Shown: positions 39,550 to 51,650, numbered from the whole stretch's first letter. The stretch is 56,999 nt of DNA, filler included, from Sphacelaria rigidula (GCA_964200075.2; 8 parts of 8 records of this genome joined end to end with filler, not necessarily neighbours in it), one strand, 5' to 3'. Program-made: numbers and translations. The notes: generated from the letters alone by a model not told the origin.

Positions 39550-39926
39550 GTTGTCGTTCCATCTATTCCGGACGCCAGTCTACACCTTCCGGTATATGTG
39601 GGCGCATCAGCCGGGGTCACACAGGAGGAAGGTAAACATAATATTTTTCCACGTCCTATTTCATTTCATTTTAGCGCACCCCCTTCCTTCTGCGGCGCTT
39701 GCCTTTTTTTTTCATCGCGAGATGAGCTCAGCGATCCGTTTCCCTCGTTGATCGTGAAGTCGAACTTCGTGTACCCACGACGCAATCGCTATCGACTGTT
39801 GGGCATGGCGTCAGAGAAAACCCCACAACGTGTGACTTCACCGAGATTCGAACCGGCTTCCAGAGAAGCGAATCATGAAATGTGTGAGAGCACGCGACAT
39901 GCACCACAGCAACCACGAGGCTCACC
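39550..39926 (-). mobile_element. SINE with shared body but a different 5' head
   Basis: Body aligns to 11780-12060; B box GGTTCGAATCT present; sequence upstream of it does not align to the other heads. Confidence 0.8.
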
Positions 39927-40420
39927 AATCAAAAATTTGATTCCGTATCCTAGAGGTGTGGTTTCGCATGCTGAAAGTTTGGTTTGACTGTCACTGAGCA
40001 CTGAACCTACCGGTGCATGAATATATCAAGAGTGAGGCGAATCTATCTCCATCCCTCGGACTTTCATTCTTCTGCAATGGACACCTTACAGAGAGCTGCC
40101 CGCGTACAATTCCTGGTATATTGACACCAAAGGTCTGCTCCAAGACAAATCTCCTTGGGAAAATAAAACCCGACGAATACATGTACTGCCTTCGCTAAGA
40201 TCGCTCTTGCCAAGCGCTTCGGCGTCAATCGCACGCCCTGCATGGATATCATCGTTCTTCAAGTAAGAAATGTCTCCACACAATTGTCTAGATGATGACA
40301 AAAAAATCGGTGCACCCGGAATAAATGAAAGAACACACGTCGTACTGTTTCAGCAGACATGAGAAGACAAAAAATCGGGAAGCCATGGTTGATGAATTAC
40401 AAACTTGATTTCAGTGTGCA

Positions 40421-40575
40421 TTGGGGTTAGGGCTAGAGTTAAGAGTCAAGGTTTTAATGTTGGGGTTAAGGTTGGTTTTGATAATGTTGGGGTCACGGTT
40501 GTTGTTAAGGTCAAGGGTAGTGTCGGAATTAAGGTTAACGTTGGTGTTTGAGGGTAGTGTTGAGAGTAATATTAG
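40421..40575. repeat. Degenerate 6-bp-period, TTAGGG-like tract
   Basis: GGGTTAGGGCTAGAGTTAAGAGTC...GGGGTTAAGGTT hexamer periodicity. Confidence 0.6.
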
Positions 40576-41112
40576 CGTCATGTATGTGTTGGCTATATAT
40601 GTCTCAACCACCGATTCCGATTGTTTCACAGAAAATCCTCCTTCCTTTAGGCCCACAGGCCCACCAAATATACTGTACATGTGGCGCCACCACATAAGAA
40701 CCGCGTACTTTGCAGGAGGCTCGGGGCTCATTTCCTTTGCGACGCAACCAGCAGTGACTACAGAGGATGTAGTGCAGGGGTCCTCAGCCCGGTGTCACAA
40801 TTTGTGCACAAGAAGCTCTTACATTTTTTTTCAAGGTTCAAGTTCTTGAACCTTTGACCGGTACAAAAGGGTAGGCCATCCATCTGTCGAATCGGTAGCC
40901 TCCCCCTTATTTTTTTTTCCAGCTGTTGATGATGGCGAATCGACACGTCGTCTCTTGGAGGGGTCGAAAAGGTTCGAAGGGTCGGACGAGCAATGACTCG
41001 TCCGTCTTGGGTAAAAGTGATTCGTACAGTACGAATCGTTCCTAGGGAACTGTCCTCATCGTCGCATCCCAGGTAAACGCACCCCGGGCACGTGGAATAG
41101 CGCAAAATATTC

Positions 41113-41490
41113 CAAGGGTCGGACAAACCAATGACTCGTCTGGAAATTACTTGATTTTAGTGCGATTGATTCGTACTGTACGAATCAATCCTTAGGTTTT
41201 GTTTTCAGCGTTGCAACCCAGGTACGTGCAGCCCAGGCACATGGAATGGCGCAGAAGTTGCGTGGAGATATTTTCGGCCAGCGGTCAACTTTTCCCTCTT
41301 GGTTGAGCAATCAGGCCTGAAAAATCGTGGATTTTGGTGATTCGAAGCGGCGTTGATTCGTCCGAACCGGGAAATATTTGCGTAGAGACGTCTCTGACCT
41401 ACGGTAAACTTTGTGTTCCCTCTTTCGAGCAATCAGGCCTCCGAAATCGTAGAGTTGGTGATTCGAACCACCCTTGATTTGTCCGACTCC
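41113..41490 (-). mobile_element. Near full-length MITE of family CAAGGGTCGGAC
   Basis: TIRs CAAGGGTCGGACAAACCAA...TTGATTTGTCCGACTCC; a further partial copy lies at 40976-41110. Confidence 0.82.
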
Positions 41491-41678
41491 GACAAGGGTC
41501 AAGTGCCAGGTTTTCACACGTTGGACGATACATGGCCAATAGTTGCAGTTGACAAAAAAAATGTACCGGATGAAGTATAGACCTATTGCAACTATTGCCC
41601 ACATACTTTCCGAAGTGCCCAAGTTTTCAGGTGGTGACGCCACCTGTACTCATAAACGCAGCGGACAAACGAACTCAC

Positions 41679-41826
41679 CAAGCAGACGAGAGCGGCCGAG
41701 TCGGCGGAAGTGCCGCTCTGAACAAGGCCTTTCATCTTCGTGCGTAAGCGCACCCAGGTGTTCGCGTTGGAACCGGTATCCGTGGCGTGGCAGTGATCGA
41801 ACCACACGGGACATTCAGTCGCCGCT
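41679..41826 (-). CDS. Candidate exon (AATECPVWFDHCHATDTGSNANTWVRLRTKMKGLVQSGTSADSAALVCL), product unknown
   Basis: tgtttttgtgtggcag acceptor and TTG|gtgagt donor; phase 2 start matches 41999-42156. Confidence 0.55.
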
Positions 41827-41998
41827 CTGCCACACAAAAACAAGATCGAGATCGTGAATGATCGGGAAAAAAAAATGAAAATTAGAACTGTATACATGCT
41901 CCTTTTTTTTTTGCTTCCACGTAGTCAGACCGTGTCTTGAGCCGTTTCTTGCCATTCGTATTTCATGGGCTCGCATCTACGAATGGCTCAATCCATAC

Positions 41999-42156
41999 TT
42001 CTCCAGGTTCGTAAACCCTTCCTGCGCCAGCAAGGTGTTGAGCAACGCCTGATTTTCCTTACCGAGACGAGCGTTGTCAACAGTCCATCCATTGTCCAGC
42101 GGTATATTCCGCGTGTGCTCGCAGGTGGCCAGCACAAGCCCTAAACCAGACGTACT
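41999..42156 (-). CDS. Candidate exon (STSGLGLVLATCEHTRNIPLDNGWTVDNARLGKENQALLNTLLAQEGFTNLE), product unknown
   Basis: atgccag acceptor and AA|gtatgg donor; 172-bp intron to the next exon. Confidence 0.5.
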
Positions 42157-42725
42157 CTGGCATGGATTTCGGGGCAAATCGCTGCGATTTGTTGGGCTTT
42201 CGCCTATTTCCGCACTGAGATAGATTCGTCATCGATGGCAAAGATCGAATTCAACTCTCAATTTCTTTACTTTCCCCGCGAAACATCATCACCAATCAAT
42301 GTGCATAAGTATATTAATCCTTGTGTTTATTCATCCAAGCACAAAACACAAAAAAAACCCGAACGTATTCCCGGATAAACTTGGATAGAATTCTGCTGGG
42401 ACGTCATTTGTCCTCGAGGGAGTCTTTTTTGCACATCTCTACACAGGAATCAGTTTTCGGCAGAGAAACGTGATTGCGATGCTCAATTTCAAGTCGTTTT
42501 TCATGACATTTTGACACCATGTGCAGAAGATTTTGTGTATACAAAGGTCTTTCCTCCTCCGATTTCTTTTCGGTGCGTTGTTGGCGACTAAACTTTCGAA
42601 AAAGGTATTGCAGCACTAAATCGTTGGTAACTCACAAAAAAAAAAAAGTAGAGAAGGGGGAGAGGGGGGGAAGGAGGGGTGAGGTAAGGGAAGCGGCGGG
42701 GGTAGGGGGGGGGGGGGGAGTAGCG

Positions 42726-42825
42726 NNNNNNNNNNNNNNNNNNNNNNNNNNNNNNNNNNNNNNNNNNNNTTAATTAATTAANNNNNNNNNNNNNNNNNNN
42801 NNNNNNNNNNNNNNNNNNNNNNNNN
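42726..42825. other. Artificial contig linker 6
   Basis: 44 N + TTAATTAATTAA + 44 N. Confidence 0.99.
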
Positions 42826-42833
42826 CCCCACGC

Positions 42834-42910
42834 GTGCTCCGTCTCGGAAGGGATGCGTGGTCAATGGTCAAACGACTAAGGCAAGCAACAAATGAGTACG
42901 CCCCCCCCCT
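42834..42910 (+). mobile_element. Short 3' fragment of the C-tailed LINE with TSD
   Basis: Matches 56518-56592; CCCCACGCG present on both sides (42826-42834 and 42911-42919). Confidence 0.85.
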
Positions 42911-42943
42911 CCCCACGCGCGGGTACTATCGGTGCGTTCTCAC

Positions 42944-43150
42944 CTGGGTAATGGACAAGTCGCTGAGCATTCCCACGGATCCAATGAGGTCGAGGACCTC
43001 CATCGCTTCCGCATACTCATTGGGAGGAGTGTCCAGTCGTATCGTGTGTTCTACGCCCGTAGGGGCAACCATGAGGCCACTGCCCTTGGGGATCGAGGAT
43101 TCGCTCACGTGCACTACATATAATCGTTTCTTCACGTCGTCCGGCAAGTC
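42944..43150 (-). CDS. PdeD/PdeE (GbpA/GbpB)-like cNMP phosphodiesterase, third visible exon
   Basis: DLPDDVKKRLYVVHV...TGVEHTIRL...EAMEVLDLI; aatgcag acceptor and CAG|gtgaga donor; 207 nt, phase 0/0. Confidence 0.9.
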
Positions 43151-43726
43151 CTGCATTTTTCATTGGCGGGTGGTGGGAGCGGGAAGATGGCCAAGGCACC
43201 ACACATTCTTCACTAATTCATTCGGTGATGAAGGGCGAACAGCGGTGCGGAGCCCCCTGCAAAAACGGGTAGCTGCTAGCATACCCCTCCGGAGGTCGTC
43301 AACTCAGGCTGTTGTATCGAGCAACTAGGCCATGAGTGGTGAGCGAGCCGCCACCGACAGGGCGTTATGATTTCCCCACGCGCTGTAGTTGGACAAGCGA
43401 AGACAAGCACGTGCTAAGAGCAAGATACGGAGGAGAACCTCTTTCGTCGTTGGGGACTCTGGTCCCCACAGGAATCGAGAGGGAAATAAGGTGACGCCAA
43501 CCATCTGTTCAGTGAACGTATTGTCGGCGGAGTCACAAATCAAGCGAGAATCATCGTTCATTCGAATTTGCGCCGTTGAACCAGGAACTACAGACGGGGG
43601 GCTGTTTCCCTTTGAAATGATTGTTCAGCTTTGACACCGTCTTACGTGGATCTAGTCGAAGGGTATGCCAAGCACACATGCTCACACTCACGAGCACATA
43701 CACACACCTTCGTGCCATGTACACAC

Positions 43727-43921
43727 CTCGAGAGTTCGCATAGGAGTATGTATCGGAGGGATCCCGGCTTCATGGAAAATGACGTCATGATGCCACGGGA
43801 AATTGAGCAGAGCGTCACGCCTGCCCTCTGACAGAAAACCCTCGTCGCACATGGATCTTATGCGTGCGGGGTCGTTCATGTGGTCCGCGGAAAACACCAT
43901 CCCCTTATCGCCGAAAGTAAC
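43727..43921 (-). CDS. PdeD/PdeE-like cNMP phosphodiesterase, second visible exon
   Basis: VFSADH...FPWHHDVIFHEAGIPPIHTP metallo-beta-lactamase motifs; gcacag acceptor and GAG|gtgtgt donor; 195 nt. Confidence 0.92.
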
Positions 43922-45767
43922 CTGTGCGTTGACGACAGAAGTCAAGCAGAAAAGCCCACAAGGTTGGTTTATCAAACGCCTCTTGCTGTAGCAGAGTAAC
44001 GCTGCACGTTGTTGCCCTTGTTTACTTATTAACTATAAACTACTCTTGTCCGGGGGATTCCGGGTTGGGTTCAGCACTACATGCAGGCGAGCAGGGGGAC
44101 AACCACATCCCTTCAGCGACCAATACCCGTCGTTTCCAAGTGCACCCGGAGTTATCTTCGTGGTTATCATTCTCACGTGACAGGGCCGGACCTGTGGTCG
44201 TTTGGGTATTCACCCACCAGTATCTTCAAATCCTAAAATTCCCCTTGGTCGTTCGGAGATCCGCGCTGTCAAAGGGTTCAGATAAAGTCTGGTAACCTCT
44301 ACTTTCGAAAGCATAATGCAAATCATGGCACTATCCAAAGGCAGTTGAACACACTAGGAGCATGAAAATAATTTGTATAGTTCGGAGAAACGCAGAAAAA
44401 CATAAGCATGTCTAACATCTGAAGAAACCGAACACCATCATTTTCATGTGGAGGATAAAACACCGTTTTTGGACGTATCACACAGCGTGTCGAGTATGTC
44501 GTATGTATCACATAAGTCATCAGCCCCCGCAATTTTGCAACAAATCCAAAACTCACACCACCACCATTTGTGCCCAGATCTGGCACACCCTTTTCCTTGG
44601 TATCGCCATTTTGTTAACGCCAGCTATCATACTGGATATTCAAGCCATCCCAAGGTAAGTGGGGATCAAATTTGATGTCCGGAACCAAGGGGTTAATAAG
44701 TTTTCATCATAACAACACGCCTCCATATGAGCATTTTCATAGGGTACAGCGTGGTGAAGCTACCGACATGACGCTCAATATCAACCTCAAGAATAATCGA
44801 GGGTGCTCTCCTCTCCGTCAACCGACGTTTCCACGTCGACGCTTAAGGCAAGTAAGTATATGGTTGAGTCCCCCCCTCCCCTCCAGAGTGTAATAGCGTG
44901 TAGTATCTTAACGGAGTAAGAAGTATAAATACGGTGGATGACACTCCCGGGTGATGGACGTTTCAGTCTCGGGTTTCCCAAAGGTTACGGTGCTTCCGCA
45001 TATCAGTGATCCAGAAAAAAATGCCCTAGAGTTGTTTTTGTTTTTCGTCCCCAGGAGACAGGAAGGAACCTTTTACCCCGCACTTCGCTATTTCTAGTTC
45101 CGTGCAGTGCATTCGAGTGCACTCCACCCGCCGTGTGCCCAGCCCTTAGGCTAGGTAGTCCGGTCGGATGTACGGGTAGGCACCAAGGTGGGAGTACTCC
45201 CTCACTCAGGTAGTCTCGCACTTGGAATTATCCCTCTTCCTCGACTAGGTAAGGTCTTCCTCACCAAGCAAATCTCCTACGATGTCCCCCAGCTCGACTC
45301 TGCACACGAGCCACCCTACCCATCGGGGCGTACAGTAGGTCCTCTACATCTTCATGCACGAGGTCCTCTCGACAGTACAACGTATTTCGTGACGTTCACG
45401 TCGAGGATGCAAGCACGTAGCCATCAAGCGGTACGTTCGGTTTCCAAAGGGCGGCCTTGTTGCCCTACTCTCAATAGTGCGGTTCATTAGGGGTGCATGT
45501 AAATCAATCTCTTGATATCATCACTCCACCTTTCTCCCTTCCTATTTCGTAGCTGTGTCGCGTAGCCTTTTTCGAAACACGCAAGCGACTATTTTCGAGA
45601 CACGCGATGAACTGAGCGATTGACAGTAAATGTGTCGCTGGTACCGTGGGGAAGCTGAGGATTGCAACTATTCGATTATGCACGTCTCGAGTTCCACGAA
45701 CTAGTACCGCGCTCGTGGCGAATGACTAAGAAGAGTACACCAAAACAGGGTGCCTACTAATGTGAAT

Positions 45768-46262
45768 TAGATCATTTTTTTTATCGGGACCAATCTGTAT
45801 TTGTACAAATATTCGGATTTCAGCCAGTCTCCAGGCGGTTTTCTGTCGTGAGTTGACGTTTTGGATCCCAGTCCGTCGGGTAATGTTTGTCGGCTACTGT
45901 AGCTATGCGAACTCCAGATCAGTTGTTTTATTCTCTGAACGTTGACTTTTGGCATGCCACCTTTCTGCTCAAATTGGGACACTCCCGAATATGCGTGCAC
46001 GAGGGATGGATTTGGGGTGCCGATATGCTTTTGTACACAGATATTTGGGAGTCTCAAGATTTGAGCAGAAATGTGACATGCCAAAGGTCAATGTCCAGAG
46101 AATCTGATAATTGATCTGGTTCTCTCACAGCTAGTCGAAAAACAGTGCTCAGAAGGATTGGGGGTACGACAAGTCAGTCCGCGGGAAAAAAATCGTCTGC
46201 AGATGGGCTAAAATCCTCAGATTTGTACGAGTGCTGATTGATCCCCATAAAAAAGCGGTCTC
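45768..46262. mobile_element. Old foldback MITE, about 495 bp (intronic)
   Basis: About 230-bp diverged inverted arms, e.g. TTGACTTTTGGCATGCCACCTTTCTGCTCAAAT versus ATTTGAGCAGAAATGTGACATGCCAAAGGTCAA. Confidence 0.78.
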
Positions 46263-46477
46263 ACATTAGAACCGCAGTTTCGAAACGAGCGCACACAAAC
46301 AGTTTCATTCGGGAGCCTGGGTTAAGACGAAACAGCAGCAAGTGCTTGTCTGTGGCAACTCTCGGGCGTTCGCGAGACATGAACGTAGGAAGTCAACCCT
46401 TTCGGAACTCAGCACGTCTGTACCGGAGGACTTCGGCTAGAGTTTTGTCACGCATGCAGGTATGACCGGCAATTCTC

Positions 46478-46680
46478 TTGATTGATTGGTTGATTGATTG
46501 TCGCACTTTAAGTGACCCCCCAGGGGTTCAGCGGTGGTCTCATGATAGACGTACCCAAGAAAAACGAAACTGGAACACGCCCTGAAGAAAAGAAGGAACA
46601 AGAAAAGAAAAGAAAAAGAAAAAGCGAAGAGAACGACAGAGCAGACTAAGTCGTGACAAAAAAAAAGGGATGAAAACGTC
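46478..46680 (-). mobile_element. LINE 3'-UTR fragment with (AATC)n tail
   Basis: Reverse complement aligns to 37674-37860. Confidence 0.85.
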
Positions 46681-47344
46681 AACACAAGCGAAGCACAGGG
46701 GAAAATCTCTTACATTTCGAAAAAATGTTTTTTTGATTATATGCGGGATTGTTAGATCCGCGCACGCGAGGAATGATTGGAGATGGCACCCATGGTGGAT
46801 CACTTCGTGGTACCTTGTGCACACACACCAGCGCAGTATGCCTACGTCAGTGTTGACAAGTACAAACCGTCAGGAGTAAAGCCCTACACGGTAGTCTTCT
46901 TCGAGCTTATCCAGGCTGGTCCCACTGCCACAGCAAACACGAGTGCCTCAAGCGAGTGTTCACTCGAGGTTTGAGAGATAGGACCTGCAGTTTGACTGAG
47001 AGGAGCGCATCGGCCATTCGAAGACTACGACTCGGGACGTTCTTATGAGAATTTTGTTTTTCTGGAGACGAGGGCGAACCTTGATTCGAGAACAAGTGAA
47101 AGTCTACCTGCCACACCTCCTTTCCCAACATTAGGTATCGAGTATTTTATGAGCACTCCCTCAGCCCGTCGATTATCATCGAACTCATCTATGACTACTG
47201 GCGGCTTCACGCTCTCGAGGATGGAAGCCATATTTCGTTCAAGATACCACATCTGCCGTAATTCGAATTCGCGGGATTCGCTCGAACTGGACATAGGTGT
47301 GCGTAAGAGTTTGCTTATCGGGATGTGTCCGTTGAACTATACGT

Positions 47345-48385
47345 GTAAACAAAGGATCCTGAAGAATGAGATTGAACATTCAAATGGGGCTGAGCTCGCC
47401 TTCCAAACAGTCACATTTCCCTCCCGGAACTGTTGACAAAGACAACCAACTGAGGATTTCGTTTTTGTCTGTTGAAACTTCCCCGAACTTGCCTCATCGC
47501 GCATCGCTGCTCCGGTGCTCCCGGTGGACGTAGATTCTTTCGCCGGCTTACTTCGGGTTTCATCAACATTTATACAGAGTGTTCGAAAACTTTCTCGAAG
47601 ATGATCAAAGAGGGAATACTTTTCGTGATAAGTAAAGGGGCACCGTTAGTGTTTCGGAGAAGAATTCCCGTTGCTGAAAATGTTTTATGGATGTAAAAAT
47701 CGAAAATCTCTTAAGTGGGAAACTTCCTGCCCCTGAGGGGACCTAAATAAATGTTCGTATACAATGATTGATGGAAAACATAATGAAATATTACAAATTA
47801 ACACTAGCACTAACACTCACCCTAACACCGACCCAAGGCCCACGAGACTCTCAGGCGAGGAGGGTGCACAGGATCCCCTAGGCAAAACGTGCGTTGGCAG
47901 ACCTCAAATCGACGCCGCAGGCGCCGATTTCGACCAAAAGACGTTCTGGGCGAGCTAGGTCCACTGCTCACCTGCCCTAAACCATAAGTTTTCTCGGAAC
48001 TTTCTTCAGTCTATTATCAAGTAGTCATCCCTGTCAACCATTGTGTACGAACATTTCTTTAGATCCACTGCTGCCCCTTGCGAATTTTCCTAGGGCTCGA
48101 AAAAACCTCCGGCATCATTTTCGTCCAACATGGGGGGACTCCAATGAAAAGCGGCTTCCCTCACCTGGTGAGAGCCGTTTCGAATGTACCAAAGGAGATG
48201 TGTGTGGCTTTAGACACCGGAACATTGCGCGACAAGGTAAGGTAGGGGAATTTTCAACAGAAAAAAATAAAAATCCTCAGTTGGTTGTTCTTGCAAAACT
48301 GTTTGACGTGAAATGTGACTTTTCGGAAGGCGAATCCAACCCCATTTGAATGGTCAACCTCATTTTTCGCGATCATTTGTTCGTG
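47345..48385. mobile_element. Long-TIR (MULE-like) non-autonomous element
   Basis: 47345-47520 aligns to the reverse complement of 48210-48385; no TSD seen. Confidence 0.7.
47800..47958 (+). mobile_element. Helitron-like 3' end, second copy, nested in the TIR element
   Basis: CTAACAC tract, hairpin AAATCGACGCC-GCA-GGCGCCGATTT, and CTAG at the same spacing as in 36030-36183. Confidence 0.5.
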
Positions 48386-48513
48386 CTCCTGTTCACATTC
48401 GTTTGTATATACACACATATACATATATATATATATATACATACCGGAAATCAACCAATATTTTGTCGTGTCGCAAAGTTGTCTACTCGTTGGATGCTCC
48501 CATTTTTGCATAC

Positions 48514-48688
48514 CTCGAACCCGACGCAGGGGATGGAATGTAGCGTGTAGAAGAAATGAAGGGACGCGCCGTGTAACCTCAACGTCTGCCCTATCGTGAC
48601 GGGCGTAAAGTGGTGGCTTTGTCGAATCAGAGAAGCCCTTAGGCCGGACAGAGACGAGTACTTGCGTATGAACGATTCGTAGATTGTC
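48514..48688 (-). CDS. PdeD/PdeE-like cNMP phosphodiesterase, first visible exon (not in the ORF track)
   Basis: TIYESFIRKYSSLSGL...GASLHFFYTLHSIPCVGFE; polypyrimidine-cacgcag acceptor and GAG|gtatgc donor; joins 43921 in phase 0. Confidence 0.92.
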
Positions 48689-49798
48689 CTGCGTGAGGCG
48701 GGAAAAGAGGGGAGGGTGGGGGCGAGGCGATGAATGCATACAGTGCGGAAACGCAGAGCAGATGCTGCGCAAAGACGTAGGACTTGAAACTAACTTTGCG
48801 TCTCTTCCAAGCAAAAGAGGAGTGTACGAAAGTAATTATACAATCACGCACGGGGAGTAGGCTTGAGACTAGAACTCGGAAATGGTTTGCCCAACCATTA
48901 ACCAGTGACATGGTTACGCGTAGCGCACCCATTAACCAGTCAAATAGTACATAATGGTTTGGTTATTGAACAGCGAAGCCGCGAGCCAAAAAGTCCCCCC
49001 CGGCAGAGCGGGTCCCGCTGGAGGCGCCGTGCCGGAGGCACGCTTTGACGCGATTTGGCTTAACTAGAGCTAAAAACTACATGTGCTGCATGTAGAATAC
49101 GTAAACGGTAACGCCTTACAAAGCCGGTAACAGTAAATAACGCTTTGAAACCATTACCCAATTTTTTCACACAACCATTACCATTGCTACCATTACAATG
49201 ATAATGGCCAGTTATAACAGGTACCATCTTCGAGCTCTACTTGAAACAGTGTTAGGCTTAGTGTTTGACGTTTCCCCTGTCAAAAGGGTCATTTCACACG
49301 TGACCAACAGGGTCCGGAAACGGGATCAAGCACATCATATGGGAACCAAGTATAAGATGCTGTATCATACAGTACATACACTCCGCATGCCCCTACAGTC
49401 TGTTAGCCGGTGTGAAATGACCCAATCAACATCCTTTAGCTGGGGTGTAAAGTGGAGAGAGGTGAGTGAGGAAGGAGGGTCATGAGCCTTAGACGGGGGC
49501 GACTATTCTGGACGGATTAACCTGGAATATCGCGCCGAATCAGTGTCCACTTGATGTTGAGGTTGTTGTCGTTGCGCACGGTACTCGCGTGCGAAATTCC
49601 CGCGGATCGTCTTGAGCAAAGTTTTGAGTCAAACATCCAACATAAATGCTGTATTCTTGGCTCGACTGTGTCCGAACACTCAGTTTTTCCTGTACTATAT
49701 CGGTAAGAATTTCACACCCTGGACAATATATATGATAAACAGTTGCAATAGACGTATACTTCACGCAGTACATTTTTTGTTGATTGCAACTGATAAAT

Positions 49799-49862
<64 letters not shown>
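49799..49862. repeat. (AAT)n microsatellite at the contig end
   Basis: Seen directly. Confidence 0.98.
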
Positions 49863-49962
49863 NNNNNNNNNNNNNNNNNNNNNNNNNNNNNNNNNNNNNN
49901 NNNNNNTTAATTAATTAANNNNNNNNNNNNNNNNNNNNNNNNNNNNNNNNNNNNNNNNNNNN
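49863..49962. other. Artificial contig linker 7
   Basis: 44 N + TTAATTAATTAA + 44 N. Confidence 0.99.
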
Positions 49963-50265
49963 CAGAGAAAAAGCACCCCTTCCCCCCAAAAAAGAGAAAA
50001 CAAAGGGCAAGGTAGGCAAAGACGGAAAGAATATCGCGAACCTAGAGGTCGTTGCACGCCTTGTTCCTACAGCGTGGTTTTCTGGACCTTGTATCATAAA
50101 TGCAGGGATCTGCATGCTGTGGTTTTAGCATGCTCCTCTGGACCTTGAAAAAATGCACTCGAATAAAACAAAACAATCAAAACAAGTTCACCTGACGCAG
50201 ATAATTTTGCCGCGCGTTCTATATAATGTACGAAAAAACGAACAAAACCAAGTTCCTCAAACTCC

Positions 50266-50429
50266 GGTGACGATGATGATCAAAGTTTAGCATTGACGAT
50301 GATGATGGAAGTTTAAGCGTTAACGATGGTGATCGAACTTGAGGGTTGACGATGATGATCCAGGTTGAGCGTTGACGATGATGATCGAGGTTGAAGGTTG
50401 ACGATGATGATCGAAGCTGAATGTTGACG
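50266..50429. repeat. 26-bp minisatellite, about 6 copies
   Basis: Consensus approximately GTTGACGATGATGATCGAGGTTGAAG. Confidence 0.9.
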
Positions 50430-51650
50430 CACTAGCACTCTCTCCCAAGCCTTTTCTTTTAACTTACCGTGATGACGCTCCCTGTGCACAAACACCCTCG
50501 AGCCGATTGCCCGCAAGGATATAGCTTCGGTTACTTAAGAAACATCCGGAAATATGGCGTATCGCCGCCAATGTTCGTGTGCGGTAGGCGATTGATTAAA
50601 AAGATCGGAGTTGTAGCAATTTCTCCCCAAAGAAATTTCGGCAATATCGATTTGTTCAGGAGACAACGTGTAACGTTCAAGATGCTCCGCCCGTCTCTTT
50701 CACTGATGCCATTCTGCTGGGGAGTGTATGGACTGGTGAACTCTTGGCGGATGCCCATAGTCTTGCAGTACTCCTTGAAATAGCCCGCGATGTATTCACC
50801 CCCACGGTCTGATCGCAGACGGTGTACACGCAGTCCTAAAGGACTAGCCAAATCTTGGATGAATCTGCAGAGCGTAGTTAGGGTCTCATCCTTCGTTTTG
50901 ATGAAGTAGACAACCTTGAAACGCGAGAAGTGATCCGTAAATTTTGCCATGTAGCGGTAGCCGCCCTGCGCCATAGGCGTAATCGGCCCTGTTAGGTCAG
51001 TGCTGACCAATTGCAGTCGTTCCGAAATGTTTGTGGAGTCTACGGTCTTTGGGTGGTCCTGCTGTACACTTTTGTTAAGCTTGCACGTTACACAAGGTGA
51101 CAGTGACCCCTCAAGGTTCACACCTAATTCCGGAATATTCAGCAGACGGCGCATGACCTACTCCGTGGAATGTCCAAGTCGCCTATGCCAAATGTCTGCT
51201 CCTGTCGTGGTAGTCAAAGCTGTCGCTTCTGCTCCCGCTGTGGCAGACATGGCTGCTGAAATTCCTGGCATATCGTGGTGAATGGCTTCTGCAACAATGA
51301 CTGACCCTATGCCCATAGATTCTCCTGATATAATTGTAGCTGTAAATGCTGAGCTGTTATTAATATTACCCGGTTTCCGACAAACTCTCACGCTGATGTA
51401 CTGTAATGCTCCGTTGCTGTCACTGTTGATTGGCACTTTAAACTTTCCGAGGTCTTTATGGGACTTGTGGAAAAATATAGTCGAAGCGCCCTTCTCAAAA
51501 GCTTGCACAAGGGAGAACAGATGCTTCCCCAAACCTGGGACAATTACGGCTGGGAGCCGTACAGAACGTTGGTACCCCTCAGAGTCAATTACCACGGTGT
51601 TCAGAACTCCTTTTGCTGTACCATGTAGTAGATGGTTGAAGTGTCCTGTG
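50430..51650 (-). mobile_element. Ty1/copia fragment: protease C-terminal region, GAG-pre-integrase, integrase core, start of the SH3-like domain
   Basis: ADIWHRRLGH, CVTCKLNK, STDLTGP, LRSDRGGEY, PQQNGISER and LRAIGSRVFVH; in-frame stop and frameshift. Confidence 0.95.

Noticed and set aside
50266..50429. CRISPR-like array
   Set aside because: Contiguous 26-bp tandem units with no unique spacers, in a eukaryotic context with no cas genes.
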